Origin: Bugula neritina
Lineage: Eukaryota > Animalia > Bryozoa
Direction: 5' to 3'
NCBI GenBank assembly: GCA_964035545.1
Contig: OZ037766.1
Location: forward strand, 11,832,722-11,896,721
DNA length: 64,000 nucleotides
Each line of letters starts with the position of its first letter. The first letter of the stretch is position 1. The position numbers were made by a program, and so were the translations under genes. Positions 53,125 through 64,000 of this stretch are shown here, in pieces. The notes beneath the pieces were generated by a model that did not search any database, was not told where the DNA came from, and saw only the letters and a list, made by a program, of their open reading frames with translations.

Positions 53125-53472
53125 TGCAGTCAAGAGTAGACGTGTTCCTAATCAGTAGTCCAAACCATTTCACAAATTCAGTATGTCTTACGACAACAGA
53201 TCGTGGGGTGAGTTAACTATATCTTGATATGGAAACTAGATTGCATCACTCAGCTCCGACTAATTGAGTCAAATGAGCTGGAGATAGGCTAGTGAACTAC
53301 CGTGGTAAGAACTCAGTTTGACTTAGAGATTTTATAATCTCATTGCAATACGTGTTCTATCTGACTATTCACTACCATAAATCTCTACGAGGTAACTGAA
53401 CGAGAAGTTGCCAGGCTGTTCAAGCTGACAACACTGCAGTGTATTATACTAACGCTGTTGAAACTCTTTCAG

Positions 53473-54254
53473 GTTACACTCGACCCGTTACAACCAGGGT
53501 ACGGGATAGAGCACTTCCCGCTCCGCATCCTGAGGGGTATACCAATGGTGACCGGCCCGAGCCGCTGCACCGCCGTTGGCGGTGGGTGTTGCCGGAAACA
53601 GAGAAGCAGATAGAAACAGCCTGGGGATCCAAAGGAAGGACGCGGTGCCAGATTTGTGACGAGGAGTGCGCCTCTCACCGCTTCTTGAAGCTGCATGTCA
53701 ACGCCCACCTATTACTCACATTCTGCCCCTGTGGATATAATGATGTCTACCCCTACCCCGTCACCAGACATCGGGCGACGGGCTGTTTCTCCGGAGAGAA
53801 TTACGTGGTGGATGCCAAACTCTATCCAGAATTCTTAACTCTGATACGACCCCTAGTGAAGAAGGCGATGTTGTTGGCCGTCCTGACCTCGGGTTTCCAG
53901 CGCGTACTAGACTACGCCAAGCAGCAATCTCCATTGGTGTCCGACCGCCCTCAGATTGTGTACACCCCCGAAGAGTTTTCCTATCCCGAAGAAGGAGAAG
54001 TCTCCCCTACCCCGACGAAAAGACGGACCCGGTCTCCAAGTCCTCCTCTTCGTCGAAGACGGACACCGTCCCCAGACCCCGCTCGCCTGGCCACTGTGGA
54101 GGAACGCCTTCTCCGACTGCAGGCTGAGTTTACCCAGTTAGCACCGGATCTGCTTAATACCACGACGGGACTCTTTCAGTTAAAAGGCTCGGTTGGCCGG
54201 ATTAAAAGGAAGTTACGTACATGCCAGGCCAAACATCGGCGTGCCCAACACTGA
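53473..54254 (+). CDS. ORF3: putative spliced accessory protein (zinc fingers, RS/P-rich stretch, coiled coil); first exon 48282-48324
   Basis: Open frame with CQIC-x12-H-x3-H and CPC...H...C motifs. Branch point TACTAAC at 53447-53 and acceptor CTCTTTCAG| at 53472. Phase matches the donor GAAG|GTGAGC at 48324. Confidence 0.75.
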
Positions 54255-56917
54255 CTCTGGTTCTGCTGCCGGAATGATCCACAAGCCTCATCTTCTTGGG
54301 GATCCAAGGCTATCATGTAAATGCTTGACTGCTCGACAGCTCGATTCCTTGTCCAATACTACAACTAGCCGGTATTCCTTCTCTATAGCTGGCCAATTGT
54401 ATGTAGCCTGCTGTTATAATGACTCTGTCTGTTATTGTGTATCTTTATATATGTTATGTCTTTTCTTTTAGTCTACTGATGTACGTGGTTAATGATGAAA
54501 TATTTTTCTGTATCAGAAAGAGGGCTTTCTGCTGGTGGGGGCGGTGTGGTGGCTCGTGGAGCTACCAGCAGCACGGTACACAGGGTCGCGTAATTGACCC
54601 GGAACAATGACAGCCAATTAGCGACTTTAATAGTTAGTAGCAGTAGTAGTTTCCCGCTGTTAGTTAGTCGAAGTTAGAGTGTTGAATAATCTAGATGTGT
54701 GGAATTATTAAATGTATTTGTATAGTTTTTGTAATGTGTTCTTGTGTTTAAAATATATACTCGTTCACTCGACTTATCCTGGTGAAGTTCTCTAGCAAGT
54801 AATTAGACTCTCTGGATTGCATATCAACCCTAATTCTGAAAAACATAACAGCGGTACACCGCAAGTTATAGTTTGTGTATTGAATAGTGTATTGTTTATT
54901 TTTGCGATTTGGTTTTTTTTGTTAAATAATTATGTATCCATTTGATAGCAGATGAGCTAAAATTATATTTTTTAAGTTTATAAATTAAAATGTTGTGGTC
55001 TATAGTATCAAATGCTTTACTGAAATCAATAAATATGCCTAGTACGGATTCACCTTTATCAAAAGATTCTAGAATTTTGTTTGTAAAGTTAGAAATTGCG
55101 TCTGATGTACCCCTGTTATGTCTAAATCCAAACTGATTTTGAGTAAGGAGGTTATTGTTTTCTAAATGGGCCAGTATTTGTTGGTTTATTAATTTTTCCA
55201 TTACTTTGCTGAAGATGGGTAAAATTGAAATAGGTTGATAATTCCCACATTCATTGACAGAACCTTTTTTATATAATGGTGAAACTTTAGCTATGTTTAA
55301 TTTCGTTGGTATTTTTCCACAATCGATAGTAAGGTTAATAATTTTACATAGAGGAGTAGTAGGTAATAATGTCTGACAAAGGCTTAACAAAGTTGGCGGA
55401 GATTTGGTCAAGGCCAGAAGCTTTATTTGGCTTCATTTGCGTTATGAGTGTTAACACGCCAGTTTCATTAACATGTTGAAGTTCAAAAGCACCATCAGTG
55501 CTGTTACTACATTCAGAGTGAGAAAGCCGATGATCATTGTTAGCAAATTTAGAAGCTAGACGCTTTCCAATATTACTAAAGTAAGAGTCAAATTCTTCAG
55601 CTATTTCTGTATCGCTTAAGGCTACCCGAGATGGATCTTGATAGCATACTAATTTAGATAGAAGCTTTGGACTAGTATTTTTTGGTTTTCTCAAAAGCTC
55701 ATTGTTTATTAATTCCCAAATCTGTTTTGGATTAGCACAGCTTTCATCTAAAGCTTCTAGAAAATAATTATACTTTGCACTTCTCAGTTGCGTGTTCAGT
55801 TCATTTCTCAATCTTTTATATTTAACTTCCAACTTTGTACTTAATGGAGATTTTCGCCAATTTCTATAAAAATGATTTTTCTTTTTTATCATAAACAGAA
55901 TATCCCCATTTATCCATGGCTTTGAAATGCTTTTATTTTTAGCAAGCTTTGCTCTATGCTCTATTTTACAACTGTTTGTAAGTTCAGTAAGTTTTTGAAG
56001 GAATTTATCATAAAACACATTACCATCACTACAGCGAAAAGCTTCCCAATTTATAGTTTCTAACATGTTACGTAATTTTTTGTAATTGATGATGCTATAC
56101 TGTTTTTGAGACACAGAAATCAGGTCTGATCTTTTAAATTTATGTATGAAAATATAGGCAGGCAAGTGATCACTCAAATCAGAAAAAACTGTTCCAGAAG
56201 TTATCGAATAGCTGTTTAGATTCAAAAGGATATGATCCAGGCATGTCCACTTATTAGTAGGCTTAAAGTGATGAGTGGGCACAGTAAGGGAGTTGGTGAA
56301 ACAGTAGGTAGACAGGAGACTAAGATACTCAACATTAGAATGATCTAGGCCCTAGGGTATCAATGTTGATATCACCAGCAATAATGTGGTTACTTGCGTG
56401 TGAAGTGGATATGAATTTTTCGAAATCATTCAAAAATTTTAGTAACATCTGCACTGGGTTGTCGGTAAATAACTGTTAGAACCACAGGTGGAGAGGAGCC
56501 ATCACATCCCAACCTAATAGAATGAACATCACACCCAGATATGGTCACCACTGGGATCAGGACCACGCCAATGCCATCTCTCACATACACCCCAACACCA
56601 CCTCCACGTGAATCGCGTTGTGCACATGAAAAAGTAAAATTAGGAATTTTAAAAAATTCTATTTCATCGTTGTTTAGCCAAGTTTCTGTTACACAAATTA
56701 CATCAAATGGGACATTACAAGAAAATAACAATTGCTCAAAAAGTTAGAACTTGTTTCTTAAACTTTGACAGTTAATATTTAGTATAGAAAATGTGTCAGG
56801 AGAAAAATCACTGTTAATTTTTAAGTCTTCAGGATTACTGCTTCTTCGGTCAATATCTAGTTCAGCCATGTTTAAAGTTAAAACTACCAAGCAGTGTTCA
56901 TAAAATGCTTTTATCCA

Positions 56918-57665
56918 CTAAGAACTAGAGATCTTGTCGAGATCTTCTTCAGAGTTAACCAGGATCGCCTCAGAATCTGAGGTTTTACGTAAATAGATGT
57001 GCTGATTATAAGTCCACACATATTTGAAGTGGTTATTCATCTTAAATTGGCGAGTTATCCAGAATAGTTTACTTTGGTCTCGACTGAGAACTTTGTTAAT
57101 GTAAATCTTTCCCTGTTCATTGAAACCAAGTGCAGATAAAGGCTGAGTATTTCTGCGGTATATGTGAAAGAACTCGTTATGTTGGTCTGTTTGAGTGAAT
57201 TTTATAATAACTTTCTTAGTTTTTCGTATGCGATAAATTTTATCAACCCCAGTGAATGGCAAGTTTTTTGGTTTTAATAGTGTGACTATTTTTTTGGTAT
57301 AAAGCGGTCAAATCTTCAGAGCTTTTATATGGAATACCATTTAGTTCGACACACTTGGCACGTTCAGAATGTTCATTTGCTTCAACACGGTTTTCTAACA
57401 ACTGAAGTTTATTAATTTTAGCCTCCATAGCTGCAATAGAGATAGCCATTGCTTTATGCTGAGTTTGAATATCTTCATTCTCTTGGTGAATAAACTGCAA
57501 GGACCTATCAAATTCACTTTGTTTACTTTCAATGGTGTTCAGCCGACTTTCAATAGTTGCGAGCTTGCTGAGAATAACATTCAATTTGTCATTAATGTCT
57601 GTAAGTTTCTGAAAAGTATCTTCCTCAATATCTGATGTAGATCTAGTACTTTTCTTAGCAGGCAT
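56918..57665 (-). pseudogene. LINE ORF1 (coiled coil, RRM-like region, FP25K-like C-terminal domain), frameshifted
   Basis: Heptad-rich N-terminus, VELNGIP motif and a KIYIN..L...LF....F.YVW....IYLRK C-terminus, typical of L2/Crack/Kiri-type ORF1. Confidence 0.8.
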
Positions 57666-60600
57666 AATGATGGATCAGTCATGTACTGAACACTTACCCG
57701 ATTCGAGGGTGGCTTATAGAAATATCACCACCCTCACATCCAAGATTCACCAGTGTGTGTTGGTTGATTTAATCCTTAGTCATTTATTAGCTGATCTAAG
57801 TTTCCTTTATGTTGAAAGCAAAGTTTGAAAAATGTCCTGCTGTACTTTTGGCTTTATATAGCAAATCTGGGCCAACCTCAGCAGTAATTAAATATGCAAC
57901 TTATTCAATAACCTGTCAAGCAAGTACTCTCCCTTGACTGTCCACGCACTGTTCTGATGAACATACAGTTAGGTGGGCAGGTCTATGGATATGGTAATCT
58001 GCTGTCATTCTATTTAAAATAATCTAAAATAAACATCTAATAGTACGTGGTGTTGGAAGAGCGGAAAAAACAATTTGAAGCATGTGATGTGAAGCTTCAT
58101 TGCACTTTGGCAATACAAATACACTGGTTTTTGTATTGCATTAAGCTCATACTGCACGGTGTAAAAATTAGTTCAGATTTCACAACAAGTTTATGTAATG
58201 TGAAATTGTTAAACATGATTATAGAGCAAACAATTGTGATGACTTCTTTATCAAAGCAGCAGCAACACAATATTAGCAGTATAATTATACAAAATAATGA
58301 TTAGTCATTGTGCTAATTGTCTTTCACTTTGACAGAAAAAAATTAGTTAAGCTCTAGCTCCCATATACGTACATATGTATTGTGTTCACACAAGTGGGCT
58401 AAAAAACGCGTAAATTAAACTGTCAGGTTACTATTTTATATTAACTCCCTGATATTGGATGTTTTATAGCTCTGGAATTTTTAAAGTTTAAGTTGAAATT
58501 GAAATTATTTGCTTAGTAGGTTATAGCTATAGATTTGACAACATCACAGTTGATAAGTTTTCTAATTGTTAAGTACTCAACATTTGTTTGTGTTGCTAAG
58601 ACCAACATCATTATTTGGTTAAGTTTTATGTTAAATTTTATTAACTTTCTTTAAAAAAAGTAAATGAAGTATAGGCAATAATTATGCATGTAAGCCCAAC
58701 CCACATGACAACTAACAAGAATTGTACATGATGATTGAAACATGTCCGGAAAAGCATGACGATTGGAACACGATCTGTGTAAGAACTCTGAGTCTGTAGT
58801 GGTAAGACATCACGTGGCTGTTAGTTTGGACGCTAAACGTGTCAGTTGCTACTCTTGCATAATAAATGAGGTGTCAGACAGTTATGACGAATAGTACAAA
58901 AATGCAGGAGATGTAATTGTTTGAGAATTGTTGATGTTTTTGGGTTGATAGTTGTTCAATACTCTATTTTTTCACCTTTCTCAGCCATTTCCTGATCGGG
59001 TGGCAGTGTACTCGCTACTCTATTGTTTACAAATAATGTTTTGAGTAAATTGTTACTATATAATGATATTATGTATATGAGGTGAAAGCAGACCAATTAG
59101 GATAATGCAAATTGAGAACTTCTAGAAAATTGACAAATTTGTAGCTCAAGTCAAATTCATACTCAGGCTGTATCCATAATGAAGATGTCATATTCTATAC
59201 ATTGATATACCTGAAATATTTCAACACCTTTGTACAGTTATAATGAAAGTTCTTAAATTAATTCAGTTATAATCAAGTGTCATGCCAACAATTAACTGCA
59301 GTTACTATGGCTGGAAAAAAACCAAAAAAGTCAAAATATTCCTTTTCACAACATTCATTTCATGCCAATGTAGGTATAGCAAATTAACATAATGACATCA
59401 CCTAGAGGAAAATTTTCATCAGCTATGTAAATATTTGTAGTTACTTCATGAACAAATATAGGAAATTCCTTGACCCTGTTGTTTCAGCTACATGTGACTG
59501 GCCTAAAAGCAAAACACTCCGTCCTGTATTATTCAACCAATTCAAATAAATTTCATATTGTTATGAAAATCTTCAAGCTAAACCAAGTGCATGGTTTATA
59601 GATACAATCAAGTGAATAACATGAACATGATTGTACGTAGTAGTATTAATTCTTTTCTGTACATATAGTTTGATGAATAACATTCCACATATCAACTGAA
59701 TATTTGAAACATATATGATGTTATTCTGGTTATGTATTATGTTATGAAAAGCACAAACATAAATGCTGTAAAAATAGATAAGAGTAAAAAGTTATAAAAT
59801 GTTTTATGAGCGTATAACATGCAGCATGTGTATTCATTAGCTGTGAACCAGTAAGAGTTTGTTGAAATTAACAGAATCAAAACTGAACTGGATCTGCATT
59901 GATTTAGATGTTGAGCAGACTTCATTTCACTTGAACAGTATTCTATTTTCTGAGGTCAAAATTGCTTTGTAAAATTATTACCCAATTTTTGTCAATTTCT
60001 TTCTCTTTTTTTAATTTCAGTTTAGCTTTTTATAAGAACAATTTGAGATAAACAATATTATAATCAGGAAGAAAAATTGAAAGTGTTGAAACAATTTGCT
60101 GTTCTTTGTAATTAATGAGTATAAATAAAATTCAGAATAACACTTCTTTATCTCGGAGAGAACAAGTGGTAATTTTAAAAAAAATAAACGTAATTTTAAT
60201 TCCAATTTCATTGTAATCAGAACCTATCAATATGTATAGATGTATCATAATAATGATGCATATGCTGCAGTTGGAATCTATATTTTCCATGCACCATAAC
60301 ATTATTTTTCCATCATTTAATTGTGCTTCTTGTGAAAAAAGTCTGTCATTGCTGCGTAACATTACAATATCTAACACATTATTCACACTTTTAATAATAG
60401 ATACTATAGTTTTTCTCTTTTTTCTGTTGGAATTTTACACCTAAGACAACAAGCAGTGTATGATCTCACTCAAGTTCTATTAAGTCACTATATTGTTATA
60501 TCGGTACGAGAATAAATAGAAATATTTCAACATTAATAATACAACATACTTTTTTTTCTTTTTGATTTCTCTGGTTGAATGAAATATCCTTGTAACTTAA

Positions 60601-62718
60601 TTTACACTATTATTTTACAATAATATTTTTGTTGACAGTATGTAAACAACTTGTGCATCTGATGGAATGCAATGAGGTTTGTGATTGTCTTGCTGTACTT
60701 CTGGCTTTATATAGCAAATCTGTGCCAACCTCAATGGTAGCTAAATATGCAACTTATTCAACAACCTGTCAATCAAGTACTCTGCCTTGACTGTTCATGC
60801 ACTGCTCTGATGAACATACAGTTAGGTGGGCAGGTCTATGGATATGGTAATCTGCTGTCATTCTATTTCAATAATCTATAATAAACACCTAATAGGGGTG
60901 TCAGAAGAGCGGAAAAAACAATTTGAAACATGTGATGTGAAGCTTCATTGCACTTTGGCAATACAAATACACTGGTTTTTGTATTGCACAATTAAGCTCA
61001 AACTGCTGGGTGCAAAAATTAGTTCAGATTTCCCAACAAGTTTATGTAATGTGAAATTGTTAAACATGATTATAGAGCAAACAATTGTGATGACTTCTTT
61101 ATCAAAGCAACAGCAACACAATAGTAGCAGTATGATTATGCAAAATAATGATCAGTCATTGTGTTAATTGTCTTCCACTTTGACAGAAAAAAAAATTAGT
61201 CAAGCTCTAGCTCCGACATACGTATATATATATATATATTTTGTTTACACAAGTGGGTTAAAAAGCCCCCCACAAAATAAACTGTCAGGTTACCATTTTA
61301 TATTAACTGGCTAATATTGGATGTTTTATAGCTTTGGAATATTTTAAGGTTTAAGTTGAAATTGAAATCATTTGCTTAGTAGGATATAGCTATAGATTTG
61401 AAAACATCACAATTAATAAGTTTTCTAATTGTTAAGTACTCATCATTTGTTTATGAATTGCTAAAACCAACATCTTTCTTTTTTGTCCAGTTTTACGCTA
61501 TGTTTTATTAATGTTTTTTAAAAAAAGTAAATGAAGTATAGGCAATAATTATTCACGTAAGCGCAACCCATGTGACAACTAACAAGAGGTACATGATAAT
61601 TGGACCATGTGTGCAAAAGCATGACGATTAGAACACTATCTGTGTAAAAGCTCTGAGTCTGTAGTGGTAAAACATCACGTGGCTGTTAGTTTGGACGCTG
61701 CACGTGTCAGTTGCTACTCTTGCATAACAAATGAGGTGTCAGAAAATTATATGACGAATTGTACAAAAATGCAAAAAATGTAATTGTTTAGGGCTTGTTG
61801 TTGTTTCTGGGTTGATAGTTGTTTCAGCTATGCATGTGACTGGCCTAAAAGCAGAACACTTCTTCCTGTATTATTCAACCAATTCAAATAAATTTCATTC
61901 TGTTATGAAAATGTTCAAGCTAGACCACGTGCTAGATACAAACAAGTCAATTACATAGACATGATTGTAATAGTATTTATTTTTTACTGCATGTACATAT
62001 CAGTATAAATTTTTGCAAAATGTTGTTTAGCAACATAAAAATAGTGCCGATGCACAACATACTTTGCATTTGTTTAGTATCTCGTAATCCGACATAAAAA
62101 ATCAAAACCAATAATAAGCAACATCTATATAGGATGTATTTGCTTAGCTTTGTAAAATCATTACTCAGTTTTCCCCAATTTCTTTCTCTTTTTCCAATTT
62201 CAGTGCTACTACGAGTATATAAGTATTACTATATTACTATATAAGTATTACTATATTACTGCACAAGTATTATTATATTACTGCACATATATTACTATCT
62301 TGATATATAAATATTACTATGTAACAAGTATTACTATATTTTTCAATATAAATAATTCATCTTTGAGTTAACTGTGACATGCTCCAGATATTTGGTAACA
62401 AATAAGCATGTACCTACTCAAATTGCAACATATAGTATTTCTTTCAATATCATTAATTGTGAAGTTGTCTACACAATATTGAAGTTTTAAAATTATTCAT
62501 ATTTTAGTAAATATCCAGGGCTTCATGATACGCGGCTTTATGATATATTGCATTGCAATTATATCATATTAGATATAATAGGACAGTTTACAGTTGTAAT
62601 ATACTAACATTGATGCATAAACATGTGTGGACTGTAATTAGGCCACATATTTAGATGTCACTTAATGTTCATAAACTTTGTAATGCACTGCAACTTTTAT
62701 CTATCATCCTTTCTCAAG

Positions 62719-62972
62719 TGATGTGTATAAAATGTCTGGTTTGGAGTTGCGACACACTTTGCAGTTCTCATCAGCCAGTGGTTTTCCTCAGTTTACAAAA
62801 TTATGTGCCAGCATTTAAAGAATGCATAGACTACATATTCTACGAGACAGAGCATATCTGTGTAGAGTTCGTAGTACCCATGCTGTTTGAAGCTCAATTA
62901 GATGGAGGCTTTCCTAATGAAAACTTTCCTTCTGATCATATTCCCCTCATCTGTGACTTCTCTTGGAAATAG
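62719..62972 (+). pseudogene. PDE12: PDE12-like terminal exon with shifted acceptor and a +1 insertion
   Basis: CTCAAG|TGATG acceptor variant, an extra A in TTTACAAAATTAT, and a C-terminus NYVPAFKECIDYIF...PSDHIPLICDFSWK*. Confidence 0.82.
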
Positions 62973-64000
62973 TTATGTTTACAATCTCTATGTTTATGTA
63001 ACTTGGAGTATAACTCAAAATTGAACAGCTAATCTCTCTTATGTCAAAATACAATTCCATTTACTTTTTATATACTAAATATGAGGTTGTGTTTTTGTAA
63101 GTGTTCCTTGCCATGTTGTGTTTTAAATAAGCATTAGCGGAATTAGTTATATACATTAGGAAATTATTTAAACATGAGGTTAGATTTACCAATTTTTAAA
63201 ACAATAGGCTTAGGCAATACCAAGTTGAACTATGTAACTTTATTCATATTTTTTTGGTGCTTTTTTAAGCCAGAGTTGTTTAGAGTTGCAGGCTCCTTTA
63301 GCTGACTAAGAGAAGCAATTACAAACTTTTTACATTATTGAAGTTTTGCAACAGTTTGTCATGTAATGATTTATCCCAACAGTCAAGTTGCTTTTTCATG
63401 ATGGACAGAAGTATTTTTCAATATGTTCTACTCGTATTATGAATTTTTACTTCAATGTTTCTTGATTTCCTTCTAACGCATTGTTTTTATAAAAACACAA
63501 AAATCGAATTGAATATAAATTAATTTTTTCTTCTAGATAAAGTTTAAATACTTCAATTTACTGGCTAATAAAAAATGTTTGAAAAATTTTATAATTATGT
63601 TGAGTAAGTACTGGAGTGGGTATAGGGAAAGATGTAATCAGGTTGGTTGGTATTGTAGAATAGTTTATTTTTTATTGAAGTTTAAAATTAATGGGACCCA
63701 CCACTTGTGTTGCAGGCAGTTTTCAATGTAATATTAATAATTCTTGACAATGATAAATTAATAATTGATAATAAATGATATATAATTCTATTGACTATTA
63801 TATTTTAGTGTTCTTTATGTTCTGTTGGGAACATAGAAAGCCTCTATGCTAGTTTAATGATTTCCCCCTCTTTGCTGCTTTTAACCCTTCAAAGGTAAAA
63901 GTTAGCATCGTAATCAAAGTCGTCCAACAAAAGAAACAATTGTTGATTAAATTACCTGGTAAATTAAACATCATAAAATTAAGCTAAAATGTCAATAATC

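Larger units (their letters stand above)
47943..54850 (+). mobile_element. Young Ty3/Gypsy LTR retrotransposon (gag, defective pol, extra ORF3)
   Basis: 306-bp LTRs at 47943-48248 and 54545-54850 (TG...CA, one mismatch seen). tRNA-Leu PBS at 48250-67 and a G-rich PPT before the 3' LTR. Domain order PR-RT-IN. Confidence 0.97.
46843..57832 (-). mobile_element. CR1/L2-group LINE, copy 2, near full length (about 4.1 kb), split by the Gypsy element
   Basis: ORF1 at 57665-56918. ORF2 runs from ~56869 with APE motifs (NINCQSL, ICVTETWL, CLDHI, SDHLP) and RT motifs (PQGSVLGP, YADD) down to 47051. Multiple stops and frameshifts. Same junctions as copy 1. Confidence 0.93.
1..64000. repeat. Tandem segmental-duplication array of about 9-10 diverged 3-8 kb units (PDE12 3' end plus a convergent gene fragment)
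   Basis: The anchor GGCTTTATATAGCAAATCTG(G/T)GCCAACCTC recurs near 1325, 7333, 14047, 20884, 23971, 35904, 43811, 57850 and 60703. The PDE12 terminal exon recurs at 113, 3867, 10087, 17620, 39920 and 62719. The same small ORFs recur in the ORF track with substitutions and indels. Confidence 0.95.

Noticed and set aside
53439-54254. env gene
   Set aside because: The position fits, but there is no evident signal peptide, fusion peptide or TM anchor, and zinc-finger and basic motifs are present instead.
1-64000. CRISPR array, prokaryotic operon or defence system; array as pure assembly artefact
   Set aside because: There is no repeat-spacer structure and the sequence is intron-containing eukaryotic DNA. 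The units differ by many substitutions, private indels and TE insertions, unlike falsely duplicated contigs.

Overview
AT-rich eukaryotic (animal-like, spliceosomal introns) DNA. The whole window is a head-to-tail tandem array of about 9-10 diverged copies of a 3-8 kb segmental unit. The unit carries the 3' exons of a PDE12-like (2',5'-phosphodiesterase 12, EEP family) gene on +. No 5' exons are present. Of six terminal-exon copies, five are disabled and one is intact but has lost its upstream exons. Convergent with it on - are the apparent last two exons and decayed hydrophobic upstream reading frames of an unidentified gene. The array is overlaid with nested transposons: a Harbinger-type MITE; three copies of a tRNA-derived SINE; a gag-protease-only LTR element containing a Kolobok-type MITE; two copies of one CR1/L2-group LINE inserted at the same site; a composite LTR insertion in the first LINE; and a very young GC-rich Ty3/Gypsy element in the second. 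The most notable signal is in that Gypsy element. It has a third, non-env ORF (zinc fingers, Arg/Ser/Pro-rich stretch, coiled coil) that is joined in frame to the gag start by consensus splice signals. It also lacks RNase H, and its flanks look like its own PPT and PBS rather than a true target-site duplication. No intact host gene, rRNA, true tRNA or CRISPR array was seen.
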